Source: an uncultured Planctomycetota bacterium
GTDB taxonomy: Bacteria; Planctomycetota; Planctomycetia; Isosphaerales; Isosphaeraceae
Length of the DNA: 64,000 bases
Direction: 5' to 3'
NCBI GenBank assembly: GCA_963737655.1
Contig: CAVTTN010000002.1
Location: 7,104,001-7,168,000, forward strand
Below, piece by piece: positions 10,638 through 21,012 of the stretch (its first letter is position 1; every line of letters starts with the position of its first letter). The translations under genes and the position numbers were made by a program. The notes beneath the pieces were generated by a model. The model did no database searches. It was not told the DNA's origin and saw only the letters and a list, made by a program, of their open reading frames with translations.

Positions 10638-10649
10638 GGCCCTTCGCCC

Positions 10650-11297
10650 GGGTGGCCGGGAGATTCGCGGCATTTCGCCAGCCGGAACGGTTGTCATTCG
10701 GTCGTCGTGGACGCCGCGTCCACAATGCGCTTTGACGTCCCCCGGCCCGCGGTCGGCCTCAGGCCCGCCGGCCGAGCAGGTCGGCCAGGGACATCCGGGC
10801 CTCCGCGTCCGTCGAGTCGAGGAACGTCCCCTCGAGCCCCCGCCCCAGGAGGGCCCGGTAGGGATGGGTGGAAGCCGCTTCCACCCCGCCGAGTCCCCGG
10901 CCTCGGTTGAGTCGTGGGAGGCCCGGCCATCGATCTCCGGGCTTCCCCCGCGTTCGACGCTCGACCGGGACACCGCCCCGCCGACGATCGTCGCCTCGCG
11001 ACCGGCCCTCCCCGACCCTTCGCCATCGTCACCGGCCGGCACCGTACGCCGAGGCTCCCGACGTCGAGGCCGTCAGGGACTTCGCCGAGGAGGCCGCGCC
11101 GATCGCACGGGACCGCATGGCGGGGCGGACCGGCAGGCCGGCCCGACCGGCCCGATCGGACACATGCGTCCGCCGCCGTACCCCGCCCGGCGGCTCCCGG
11201 CGTACGGACCGCCCGGCCGGGCCGAGGCACCGGGGTCAGAGTCGCTGATTACGACGATGTCATGCCGGCCCTCGACCGGGGTGCAACGTTCGGTTTG
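10650..11297 (+). repeat. Element-end module, copy 1 (arm region + palindrome pair + ~400 bp)
   Basis: Aligns by eye with the reverse complement of 55385-56050 over ~600 bp, and with 23800-24110 over ~250 bp. Confidence 0.85.
10707..10884. repeat. Pair of 17-bp palindromes (10707-10723 C-type; 10868-10884 A-type)
   Basis: GTGGACGCCGCGTCCAC and GTGGAAGCCGCTTCCAC. Confidence 0.95.
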
Positions 11298-11329
11298 CCG
11301 GACCGACGCACCCAAGAGCCCGAAAGAGG

Positions 11330-11500
11330 TTCGCCCTGCTCTGTCGAAAATCCTGACTTGGGCAACGATCATCACATTATGTGAGATGACCCGCAGGATG
11401 ATCTCACGGCACTGGGTCCAATAGCTCCGCGCCTGCAGCGCCGAGCCCAACCGCCGCTTGATCATCGAATTGACGGTCTCCGTCTGCCACCGAATAAAAC
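11330..11500 (-). pseudogene. C-terminal fragment of an IS4/IS5-type DDE transposase
   Basis: RWQTETVNSMIKRRLGSALQARSYWTQCREIILRVISHN. Confidence 0.7.
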
Positions 11501-11769
11501 CGCTAGGACTGCCGGCTCTGTCATCCTCATGACGGCGTTTCGCCAACAAACCGGCTAAGATCGCCGTCCGCCGGGATGTACGGCGAAACGTCCGGGTCCT
11601 CTGTCCGCCGGGTTACTCTCAATAAGGATAGGAGTCGCTGGGCGGCAGGGATCGACCCGAGCGCGGGGTCCGCGATATTCGGGGAGGCGAGCGTCGAAAG
11701 CCGGTGAGCGGCCGCCGTCAAGAGCACCGCAATCCTCACATTTGACCCAGGCCGCGCCGATATCATTCA

Positions 11770-12674
11770 CATGAACTGTCCGTTCATTAACAGGCAGGGA
11801 CGCAAAGCGGATTGTTCGAATGTCGTTCATGCTCGGCTTGGACTGCTCGACCGGCTGCACTTCCGGTCGGCTCCGCCAGAGGACGGTCAACCAAGGTAGC
11901 ACCCTGCCGGAGTTGCAGTACCAACAGGTCCTGGACAACCTCGCCCAGTTCGCGTCGCGTCCCGGCTCCCTCCCCTGGCACGTCAATCTCAGGGAAGGGA
12001 CCACCCAGGTTACCGACTCGGTATCGGGAGGCGCGGCGCTGGACATCGGGCCGCCCGTCACATGGTTCCCGCAGCTCCTCGGTTCGAGGACAGCCGTGGC
12101 CCAGTGGGGGATGTCGCCGGTGATCGACGCGACTGAGCTGCGCCTGCTGCGGATCGCCTATCGGCGCGCCCACGGCGCCCCCGACATGCCGTCGCCCAAG
12201 TTCGTCGACGAATTGGCACACGAGCTGAAGGACCAGTTCGCATCCAACGCCGACCTGCGAAACGAGTCGGAGTTGTTTTATGAGTACCAGGGCCGCTCCA
12301 ACCGTAGCGCCCGTGAGTTGGATGCCCACGTGCTCACGACGAATGACGCCAGCGTATGCGGTAACCCCGGCGCGTCGGTCGATCGCTCCCCACTGGCGGC
12401 GAATGTCTGCCGGAAGATCGAGATGATCCAAGAGGACCTGGCCGAGATCCAGCCCGGCTGGTTCCATGTGGGAACCAAGCACGACATTCCGAAGGACGCC
12501 TGCTACGTCGGGAGAAGTGGGGATTGTTATACCTGGGTCTGCCCCGATGGGATCGACCAGCTCACCGAATTCACCCTGACCGTCCTGAAGATATCCTCCC
12601 TGATCAAAGAAACCGAGACGCTCATCAGCCCAGGGTCCGTGAAATTCTCGCCGGGAGACCGAGGGGGCGGATAG
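11770..12674 (+). CDS. Hypothetical planctomycete protein, possibly a lipoprotein; start uncertain
   Basis: Long ORF with coding-like codon usage; TGC-containing leader; QYQQVLDNLAQF motif. Confidence 0.6.
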
Positions 12675-12771
12675 GCAATCAGCTCGGCTTGGCAAGCCCA
12701 GCTTGATGGCCACATCCCCGGCCGACGAACGATTCGCGGCGGCGATCCTTTGCCATTCGAATTTCATCGAC

Positions 12772-15114
12772 TTATTTGCGTCCAAAACCCCGACCTGGGG
12801 GTAGGTCCTTCGGTCGCTCCTCGCTGTCGGGAGGTAGGAGATCCCGAAATTGCCTCAGGAAATTCAGGTTCCTCGGCTGAAGGGCGACCGCCTGTCGAAG
12901 CTGGGCGAGGGCCTCGGCATGCCGGCCGTCGGCTTCCAGGATACGTCCGAGATCGGAGCGAAGGATGGGTTCATCGGGGTTGAGGCGGATGGCCGTCCCC
13001 AGTCGATCGATGGCTTCATCATGCCGGCCCAGCTTCGATAAATATCGGACGAGGAGGCGAAGGCCCCCGACGCTGGTCGGGTTGAGGACCAGGGCCTGCC
13101 GCAACGAAACGACAGCCTCCTCCGGCCGATCGACTCGCAACAGGACCTTGCCGAGGCTCTCATGGACAAGCGCCAACTCCGGGCGGATCGACACGGCGGC
13201 CTGGTAATACCGGATCGCCTCCTCATTATTCTTCTCCCGGCTAAGCACGCCGGCGAGCGCGAGATTGACCCACAAATCACCGGGATGTGCCTGCTGGATT
13301 CGCTTCAGAAACGGCAGCCGCTCCTTGCTGAGTACGTCCAATTCCATGTCGAGCGACAGGAACAGCGACACGGGCGGATCGGTGACCGGTGCGTGCTTGA
13401 TCACCTCGACCAGTACCGCTTTGTCCGCACGCATGACCGGATCGCGAGCGCGATCACGCCAGCCCGTCGAGTCAGGGTCTGCCTGCCGCGCGACCGCCAG
13501 CACCCATTCCTTTCGGTGAGGGTCCTTCGTGCAACCGGACCAGTGATCGAGCGCGGCCACCAGCGTCTCGCGGATGTTTGACGCCCGGACACGATCCGCC
13601 GTGCCTTCCGGGTCGTCGCCGACTCCCCCGATCCCGGATTCCCGAAACGCTGCCTCATATGGCGGGTCATCCGTTTGAGGGAAGTTCGAGTTCTGGATAG
13701 CTCGCTCGAATTCCAGGCGGATCGACTCCAGCCGAGCCACGAACGCCAAGTCGCGTGCGCCCCGAGCGATGAGTCGGCGCGTCTCGGCCGACCCTTGCTC
13801 GCCCAGCCTGCCCTTGGCCCGCTCCAGCGCGATGCGGGCTTCGGGCCAGGAAGATCGATCGAGCGACCGGGCCATGTCACGCAGGTCTTCCAAGGCGGCC
13901 CGTTCCGTGGCGAGGCGGTCGGTTTCGGCCTTCCGCGCGACATCCGCCCGATCGGCGAGCAGCCACAGCCCTCCCCCGAGCAGGACGGCCGTGGATAGCG
14001 TGGAGACCGCGATCGTCGCCGCGAACACCGGCCTCCGGCGGACGCGTCGGAACAGCCTCGCCAATCGGCCTTCCGGTCGCGCCACGATCGCCTCGCCTCC
14101 CAAGAAATGGCGAAGGTCCACCGCCAACATCTCCGCCCCGGCGTAACGGCGGTGGGCCTCCTTTTCGAGACATTTGAGGCAGATGGTCTCCAGATCGCGG
14201 GGCACCTTGGCATTGAGCCGCGACGGTGGGATCGGGTCCTGGGTGATCACCCGACGGACGGTCTCCGTCGCCGTTTCCGCCCGGAACGGAGGCCTGCCCG
14301 TCAGCAGCTCGTAGAGGATAGCTCCCAGGGAATACACATCGACGGCGGGGCCCCATGCGATCGGCCTGGCTTCGGCCTGCTCCGGGGCCATGTAGCTCGG
14401 CGTCCCGATGGCGATGCCCGTCCAGGTGAGGCCGGACTCGCCTTCCATGCGCCGGGCCAGCCCGAAGTCGCTAATCTTGGGCGTGCCGTCGGCGGCGAGG
14501 AGGACATTGGACGGCTTAAGGTCGCGATGCACGATCCCGCTCCGGTGGGCCGCCTCGACGGCGTCGGCCAGGGTCGCCAGCAGCTCGGCAGCGTGGCGTG
14601 GCGGCTGGGGAACGCCCGCTAACTTCCCGGCCAGGTTGCCGCCCTCAACGAATTCCATCGTGAAGTAGGGCTGGCCGTCCTTCTCGCCCATGTCGTGGAC
14701 CTGAACGATATTCGGGTGCCGCAGGGCCGCCGCCGCGCCCGCTTCCCGCAAGAAGCGTTCTCGAGCCTCCGGGCTGGCATGCGCCCCGGTGAGCAGCATC
14801 TTGAGGGCGACGCAGCGGTTCAGGCGCAGGTGACGGGCCTTGTAAACGATGCCCATGCCGCCGCGGCCAAGCACTTCATGAAGTTCGTGGCCCGCGATCT
14901 GGGGCAGGTCGGTCGAGGACGCGACCCTGGAGGATGAGCCGGGCATCCGTGCCGGGAACATCGCATCCAACTGGGCATCGCAGGCGAGTTTTCGCCCCCA
15001 TCGCAAGCGAACCTGCGGCAGTAACTCCGGGTAATCGCGGCAGACTTCCTCCGGAGTACGCTCCGAGTCCACCAGCTCTTCGAGGAGGAATCGAACACGC
15101 GATTCAAGGTCCAT
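12772..15114 (-). CDS. Ser/Thr protein kinase with TM segment and C-terminal TPRs
   Basis: LGRGGMG, VALK, HRDLKPSN, DFGLA, GTPSYMAPE; TPRs EEAIRYYQAAVSIRP. Confidence 0.95.
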   Translation of the reverse strand: MDLESRVRFLLEELVDSERTPEEVCRDYPELLPQVRLRWGRKLACDAQLDAMFPARMPGSSSRVASSTDLPQIAGHELHEVLGRGGMGIVYKARHLRLNRCVALKMLLTGAHASPEARERFLREAGAAAALRHPNIVQVHDMGEKDGQPYFTMEFVEGGNLAGKLAGVPQPPRHAAELLATLADAVEAAHRSGIVHRDLKPSNVLLAADGTPKISDFGLARRMEGESGLTWTGIAIGTPSYMAPEQAEARPIAWGPAVDVYSLGAILYELLTGRPPFRAETATETVRRVITQDPIPPSRLNAKVPRDLETICLKCLEKEAHRRYAGAEMLAVDLRHFLGGEAIVARPEGRLARLFRRVRRRPVFAATIAVSTLSTAVLLGGGLWLLADRADVARKAETDRLATERAALEDLRDMARSLDRSSWPEARIALERAKGRLGEQGSAETRRLIARGARDLAFVARLESIRLEFERAIQNSNFPQTDDPPYEAAFRESGIGGVGDDPEGTADRVRASNIRETLVAALDHWSGCTKDPHRKEWVLAVARQADPDSTGWRDRARDPVMRADKAVLVEVIKHAPVTDPPVSLFLSLDMELDVLSKERLPFLKRIQQAHPGDLWVNLALAGVLSREKNNEEAIRYYQAAVSIRPELALVHESLGKVLLRVDRPEEAVVSLRQALVLNPTSVGGLRLLVRYLSKLGRHDEAIDRLGTAIRLNPDEPILRSDLGRILEADGRHAEALAQLRQAVALQPRNLNFLRQFRDLLPPDSEERPKDLPPGRGFGRK

Positions 15115-15199
15115 TGCCTGTCTCCAGCCGCGAGGCAAGCTCCGAGTCCTTGACCTGGCCCAAGGCCGGGCACTTCAAGCCCGCATCCTTCACACAGGG

Positions 15200-15823
15200 C
15201 TACTCGATCGGTCGCAAGTCGTCCAGTGCCTCTGCGAGCAATAGGCTGGCACGATTCAAGCGGCGCTGCACCGTCTTGGTCGAGACCTCCATCACCTCGG
15301 CGGCCTCGGCGTGGGTCAACCCCTGGAGGCGTACCAGGCCGAAGACTTCGCGCTCGTCCTCCGGGAGATTGTCGATCGCCGCCAGCATCCGGCGTCCGTC
15401 CGGGCTGATGCCGGAATCGCTGCTGGCCGGCGCGAGCAGGCACTCTTCGCACAGCTCGACGGCGACGGGGCGTTCATCCAGGCGACGTGCCAGATCATTG
15501 AGATGCCAGCGCATGTGCTGATTGGCCAGGGCGAAGAAGTGTCGCACCGTCTGTGGGCGGATCGAATCCATGGCTTTGAGCAGCCCTTCCACGACGCCAC
15601 TGAGCATCTCATCCGTCTCCAGATTCGACGGCGGCCTGGCCAGTCGCGGGTAATTCCGATGCAGCATGATGGCGCACAGGCCCTCAAGCCGGCGGACAGC
15701 CCGGCCCAAAAGATCGCGCACGATCGGCTCGGCCGGCGCATCTCCCGCCAGGGCATCCAGGTAACGCTGCACGACGGCGGTGGTGGAGTCCTCGCTCAAG
15801 ATGAAAACCTCGTAAGAGGGCAT
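15200..15823 (-). CDS. ECF sigma-70 factor, kinase-associated planctomycete type
   Basis: Region 4 IDNLPEDEREVFGL...THAEAAEVMEVSTKTVQRRLNRA; directly upstream of the kinase. Confidence 0.88.
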   Translation of the reverse strand: MPSYEVFILSEDSTTAVVQRYLDALAGDAPAEPIVRDLLGRAVRRLEGLCAIMLHRNYPRLARPPSNLETDEMLSGVVEGLLKAMDSIRPQTVRHFFALANQHMRWHLNDLARRLDERPVAVELCEECLLAPASSDSGISPDGRRMLAAIDNLPEDEREVFGLVRLQGLTHAEAAEVMEVSTKTVQRRLNRASLLLAEALDDLRPIE

Positions 15824-16039
15824 ATCCACACGGATTCTAGCGGGTCCGGTGTCCACCCCGCCACTCTCAGTAAAGGTAGACAGGAAGCGGAGCCCGCGCG
15901 GGTGTAAAGGAAAGTCGAAGCGACTGTCATCGAAATGACAGCCTGACATCCGCGAGGAGGCTAACATCCCCATCCGAAGCCGCTGTCGCGCGTCGCGAAG
16001 CCATGACAATTCAATCCCTGAAAAGGACGAGGTAACACC

Positions 16040-16636
16040 ATGCTTGGATCAAACCGATCGCACGTGACCGCAGGAGTTGCGGCTTTGGTCGCGATCGCCG
16101 GATTCTCGTTCGTGCTCGCCGGGGCCGCTGCGCCCCAGGGTCAGGCGACACTGGTCGAGTTCACCCCGGACGGGAAGCTCAAGAAGCCCGATGGCTATCG
16201 CAGGTGGGTGTACGTCGGCACGCCGATCACGCCCAACGAACTCAACGGCGGCGAGGCCCCGTTCCCCGATTTCCACGCCGTCTACATCGACCCGGAGAGC
16301 TACGCCCACTACGAGAAGACCGGCGAGTTTCGCGACGGCACCGTGATGATCAAGGAACTTGTCGGCATCGGCGCCAAGGAGGCGACCAGCGGGAAGGGCT
16401 ACTTCATGGGCGACTTCATCGGCCTGGAGGCCTCGGTCAAGGACTCGAAGCGCTTCAAGGACGAGCCAGGCAACTGGGCCTTCTTCACCTTCGGCCACCA
16501 TTATCCCCTGAAGACCGAGGCGACGAAGCAGAATGCCGCGGTGTGCAATTCGTGCCACCAGTCCAGCGCCAAGAAAGACTACGTCTTCAGCCAGTTCTAT
16601 CCCGTCCTGCGTGCGGCGGCCCCGAAGTCGAAGTGA
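16040..16636 (+). CDS. Cytochrome P460 family protein
   Basis: Signal peptide; YRRWVYVG, DGTVMIKEL, GYFMGDFIGLEASVKDSKRF; C-terminal CNSCH. Confidence 0.9.
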   Translation: MLGSNRSHVTAGVAALVAIAGFSFVLAGAAAPQGQATLVEFTPDGKLKKPDGYRRWVYVGTPITPNELNGGEAPFPDFHAVYIDPESYAHYEKTGEFRDGTVMIKELVGIGAKEATSGKGYFMGDFIGLEASVKDSKRFKDEPGNWAFFTFGHHYPLKTEATKQNAAVCNSCHQSSAKKDYVFSQFYPVLRAAAPKSK

Positions 16637-16705
16637 GGTAGATCGATCGGGGGCGCCCGGACTGGCCGGGCCGCGCCCTTTTCCCCCAACTTGGCGGCAT
16701 TTCCA

Positions 16706-17314
16706 ATGGTCTTCAACATCCCACGCCGGCTCACCGCGGGCTGCCTCGCGGCGATGGCGCTCGTCGCCACGGTTGCTATCGGCGCCGCAGGGCCGGACGA
16801 CCCGACCGCCCGCGCGGCCGGCGAATTCTCGCCCTACGTCACGAAGGACGGCGGGATCACGCGGCCGACCGATTACCGCGATACCTTCGAATTCCTGGGC
16901 ACGTATGCCGTGGCCACGAAGCCGGGCCAGCCCGTCGACGAGATGCACGTCGTCTACGCGCGGCCCGAGGACGTCAAAGCGTATCGGCGAGATGGCAAGT
17001 TCCCTGATGGGGCGACGCTGGTCAAGGAGGTCACCAAGGTCGGCTCGGACAGGCTCACCACCGGGCAAGCCCACTGGGCCACGGACATCAAGCTCTGGTT
17101 CGTGATGATCAAGGACGCGAAGGGGCGGTTCCCCGGCAACGACCTCTGGGGCGACGGCTGGGGCTGGGCCCTGTTCCTGGAGAAGGAGCCGGCGAAGAAC
17201 GTGGCGACCGATTACGCGACCGACTGCAAGACGTGCCACATCCCGGCCAGGAAGGACGACTGGATCTATGTCCGCGGATACCCGGCGCTCTTGAAGGCCA
17301 ACCCGGCGAAGTGA
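16706..17314 (+). CDS. Second cytochrome P460 family protein
   Basis: FPDGATLVKE, VMIKD, GWGWALF, CKTCH; start uncertain. Confidence 0.85.
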   Translation: MVFNIPRRLTAGCLAAMALVATVAIGAAGPDDPTARAAGEFSPYVTKDGGITRPTDYRDTFEFLGTYAVATKPGQPVDEMHVVYARPEDVKAYRRDGKFPDGATLVKEVTKVGSDRLTTGQAHWATDIKLWFVMIKDAKGRFPGNDLWGDGWGWALFLEKEPAKNVATDYATDCKTCHIPARKDDWIYVRGYPALLKANPAK

Positions 17315-17361
17315 TGCTCGGCACGCTCGGGCCGCCACGAGCGCGGAAACGTGAGAAATCG

Positions 17362-17838
17362 ATGAGTGACCGTCTGAAGTCGATCGGATTGCACATCGCC
17401 CGCTACGGCCTGGTGATCGTGCTGCTGTGGATCGGCGGGATGAAGTTTACCGCCTATGAGGCCGGAGGCATCAAGCCGCTGGTGACCAATAGTCCTCTGA
17501 TGGGCTGGGTTTACCAGGTCATGAGCGTGGGCGGGTTCTCGGCGCTGCTGGGCGTGGTCGAGGTCGCCATCGGCCTGCTCATCGCCCTGCGCCCCGCCTG
17601 GCCTCTCGGCTCGGCGATCGGGAGCGGCCTAGCGGCGGGGATGTTCCTGACCACTCTTAGTTTCCTGATTACCACACCCGGCTGGGAGTCGAGCCTGGGC
17701 GGATTTCCGGCCCTTTCCGCGATGCCGGGGCAATTCCTGCTCAAGGACGTCGTCCTCCTGGGGGTTTCTCTACTCACGGCCGGAGAGGCGCTGGCAGCGG
17801 CTCGCCCGCCTCATGACGCAGTTACGGCTGGCAATTGA
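17362..17838 (+). CDS. DUF417 / YkgB (RclC-like) membrane protein
   Basis: RYGLVIVLLWIGGMKFTAYEAGGIKPLVTNSPLMGW...TTLSFLITTPG...QFLLKD. Confidence 0.9.
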   Translation: MSDRLKSIGLHIARYGLVIVLLWIGGMKFTAYEAGGIKPLVTNSPLMGWVYQVMSVGGFSALLGVVEVAIGLLIALRPAWPLGSAIGSGLAAGMFLTTLSFLITTPGWESSLGGFPALSAMPGQFLLKDVVLLGVSLLTAGEALAAARPPHDAVTAGN

Positions 17839-17864
17839 GGCGATTTTCCCGGCGAGCAATCCTC

Positions 17865-19550
17865 ATGTCGCGTAGGTTCGAGTCCGGTAGGTTTCGACGA
17901 ATCCGGGCGGCCGTGCTCGCCTTGATTTTCGCCAGCCGGTCGGTGAGCGTCCTGGCCCAGGACGGGCTGCCTTCCATTGCTCCGTTACCCGATGATCCGC
18001 CGGTTGCCACTCCCGCCCCAGTTGAAGCCAATCGGGAACTGCTCGACCGGCTTCGGAAGATGGAGGACAGGCTCGATCAGGTGAAAAAACAGAATGAACA
18101 GCTCTCGCGAGAGGCTCGGGAACTCCGACGCTTGAATCCGGGCCGGGACGCGGAGGTCGACACGATGCGGCCCGACGCTAGCCAAAGTGGCGGCTCGGCC
18201 AGGCGGGGAGGGTCGTCGGGCACTCCCCCAGCGACCAGCGGCGGCGGCTCGGCATCCGGCGGAGGCGACCCGACAAAGTCGGGGAGCGTCCAGCTCGTGG
18301 GAAAGAGCCACCCCGGAAGATCATCAATCCTGGGCGGCTCCTACGACTTCGAGAATGATGGGTTCCGGTGGGGTACCCAGGACGAAGAAATCACCCTGGG
18401 CTTCCGTGCACTTCAGCAGATCGACGCGCGGGTCTATGCGAACTCAAACCAGCAATATGCCAGCAGCGGTATTTTCAACCCGCGGACCCGCTTCTATTTC
18501 GAAGGCAATCTTACGAGGCCCGTGTCTTACGAGTTCTCCTTACGGCATACATACAACACGACTAACTTGCTCGACGGCTACATCAACTACCGTATGAGCG
18601 ACGGACTACAGCTCCGGTTCGGACGCTCCAAGACTCCCTTCGATTACGAGTGGTACCGGCTGCACATCTGGCGGACGCTCGCGCCCGAACGGTCGCCATA
18701 CGCCCAGTATTTCGGGGGAAATCGCCGCATCGGATTTTCGGGCTGGGGGAGCCTCTTCGATAACCGGCTGGAATATGCCGTCGGCACGTTCAACGGACAG
18801 CGAAACGGGTTCACGCCCTTCAACAGTCACCAGGACGTCATGGCCTTCCTGAATTTCAAGCCGTTCGAGCAGGCGCCGGATTCCCTTCTGCGGAATCTGC
18901 AATTCGGGGGCTCTCTCGATGCTGGTTTCGAGAACAATCCTCTCTCCCCGGCCGTCTTGATGACCTCGGCCCCGGCGACGCCGCTCCCTCTCACCCCAGG
19001 GTCTGCCTCCGTCCCTTTCCTGGCCTTCAACAAAGGTGTGGTGGAGCGTGGTTACCGAGCACCCTGGGAGCTCCACCTCGCCTATTACTACAAGGGATTG
19101 TCCTTCTTGGGGGCGTTGGATACCGGATTCCAGGATTATGCGAAAGGCAACTCCGGTCCGCCGCCCATACGCATCCCAACGGGTGGCTACTTCACCCAGG
19201 TGGGTTACATTCTGACCGGCGAAACGATTCGCGATCGGATGCTAATCGAGCCGTTGCGGCCTTTCGACCTTCGCCCCGGCCATTTCGGTGTGGGAGCCCT
19301 CGAAGCGACGGCCCGCTTCAGCGATCTGACGCTCGGCCGACAGGCCTTCACCGGCGGCCTGGTCGATCCCAATCTCTGGACCCATCAGGTCCGGATGGTC
19401 GACGTCGGGCTCAACTGGTATCTCAACAAATACCTCAAGGTCTACATCGACTGGGAGCGTGCCATGTTCGCCACCCCAGTCATCCACAACACCGGTCGCT
19501 CCCAGAAATCGACCGACCTCTTTTGGATTCGCTGCCAGATCTTCTTCTGA
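17865..19550 (+). CDS. OprO/OprP-family porin
   Basis: Leader plus coiled coil; LLDGYINY, GLNWYLN; terminal Phe. Confidence 0.8.
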   Translation: MSRRFESGRFRRIRAAVLALIFASRSVSVLAQDGLPSIAPLPDDPPVATPAPVEANRELLDRLRKMEDRLDQVKKQNEQLSREARELRRLNPGRDAEVDTMRPDASQSGGSARRGGSSGTPPATSGGGSASGGGDPTKSGSVQLVGKSHPGRSSILGGSYDFENDGFRWGTQDEEITLGFRALQQIDARVYANSNQQYASSGIFNPRTRFYFEGNLTRPVSYEFSLRHTYNTTNLLDGYINYRMSDGLQLRFGRSKTPFDYEWYRLHIWRTLAPERSPYAQYFGGNRRIGFSGWGSLFDNRLEYAVGTFNGQRNGFTPFNSHQDVMAFLNFKPFEQAPDSLLRNLQFGGSLDAGFENNPLSPAVLMTSAPATPLPLTPGSASVPFLAFNKGVVERGYRAPWELHLAYYYKGLSFLGALDTGFQDYAKGNSGPPPIRIPTGGYFTQVGYILTGETIRDRMLIEPLRPFDLRPGHFGVGALEATARFSDLTLGRQAFTGGLVDPNLWTHQVRMVDVGLNWYLNKYLKVYIDWERAMFATPVIHNTGRSQKSTDLFWIRCQIFF

Positions 19551-19613
19551 GTCGACGGGATTCGCCGCCGCCAACTTTCAATTGGCTTTGTGCCAGCCGA
19601 CACTCGGCCCCTC

Positions 19614-20024
19614 ATGGCAACCAAGGGAGTTAGCAAGGTGCCCTACACGATCCATGACATTGGAGTCGCCAGGCAGATCGGAGCCTACAGCGACGCCATC
19701 GAAGCCGGTGCGAACTTGCGGTGGCTGGTAACTTCAGGAACGCCCGGCCTTTCCACGACCGGAGACCTGCCGGGGGACATTGTCGGCCAGGCCCGGCTCT
19801 CCTGGGAACATGTCATCGGCCTCTTGGAGCGAGCCGGCATGACGGTCGCCGACGTGGTCAAGGTGACCCAATACTTGACACGTGCCGAAGACATCCCGGC
19901 CTACGGGAAGGTGCGTTCGCGTTTCCTCGGCGATGCGCGACCCGCCTCGATGCTGCTCGTCATCCCCCAACTCGTGCGCCCTGAGTTCCTGGTTGAGATC
20001 GAAATCGTCGCCGCCAAGGTTTAA
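19614..20024 (+). CDS. RidA/YjgF-family protein
   Basis: IGAYSDAI, DVVKVTQYL, RPASML, LVEIEIVA. Confidence 0.9.
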   Translation: MATKGVSKVPYTIHDIGVARQIGAYSDAIEAGANLRWLVTSGTPGLSTTGDLPGDIVGQARLSWEHVIGLLERAGMTVADVVKVTQYLTRAEDIPAYGKVRSRFLGDARPASMLLVIPQLVRPEFLVEIEIVAAKV

Positions 20025-20120
20025 CCCGGACGTAGCATTTCAATGGCATCCGCGAGCACCGAGACGGCGGATCGCCGCCTGTAATTTTCCGGCTTCAGGC
20101 CCCCGGCGAGATTGACCCTA

Positions 20121-20999
20121 GGTCGTGTGGACAACATCTGGGTATTTACGGACAACTGGGGTCCCGACTCGACACCACGGAGGCCCCGCTGTGCGACACC
20201 GCCACGCCATCGCGGACGACCATTGGACCAGGATCAAGGACCTCCTGCCCGGCCGGCCTGGCCAGCACGGCAAGGTCGCCAAGGACAACCGCCTCTTCAT
20301 CGACGCCGTCCTCTGGATCGCCAGGACCGGCGCCCCGTGGCGCGACCTGCCCGAGCGATTCGGCAACTGGAACTCGACCTGGCGTCGCTTCGACCGCTGG
20401 GCCCGCAAGGGGGTCTGGCGGCGGGTCTTCGAGGCCCTGCAGGACCCCGACCTGGAATGGCTGATCCTCGACTCGACCATCATCCGGGCGCAGCCCTGCG
20501 CCGCCGGCGCCCAAAAAACGGGATGGCGGCGGCGGCCAAGGCGAGCAGGCCCTCGGCCGCAGCCGGGGCGGGTTCGGGACGAAGATCCATGGCGCCGTCA
20601 GCGGCCTCGGGCTGCCCGCCAAGCTGATCCTGACGCCGGGCCAGGCGGCCGACATGACGCATGCGAAGGCGTTGATCGAGGAGCTGCCGATCGAGGTGGT
20701 CATCGCCGACAAGGGGTACGACAGCCGGGCCGTGGTCAAGGAGATCGAGTCCCGAGGGGCGGAGGCGGTGATCCCCAGCTTGAAGAATCGGGCGGAGCAG
20801 CGAGTCGACGACCGGGATCGCTACAGGGACCGAAACCTCGCGGAGCGGTTCTGGTTCAAGGCGAAGCAGTGCCGGCGGGTGGCCACCCGGTACGAGAAGA
20901 CGGCCCGGAACTTCTTGGCGTTCGTGCATGTGGCCTCGATCATGATCCTGCTGCAATAGCCTGGGCGACTTCGCTTGCCCATCTGTTGTCCACACGACC
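20121..20999 (+). mobile_element. Complete IS5-family element (IS427-like), 879 bp, orfA/orfB with an A6 frameshift site
   Basis: Perfect 16-bp TIRs GGTCGTGTGGACAACA (20121) and TGTTGTCCACACGACC (20984); CTAG at both junctions (TA duplication); motifs WRDLPERFG, LDST, ADKGYD, RRVATRYEK. Confidence 0.95.
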
Positions 21000-21012
21000 T
21001 AGGGAGGAAAAC

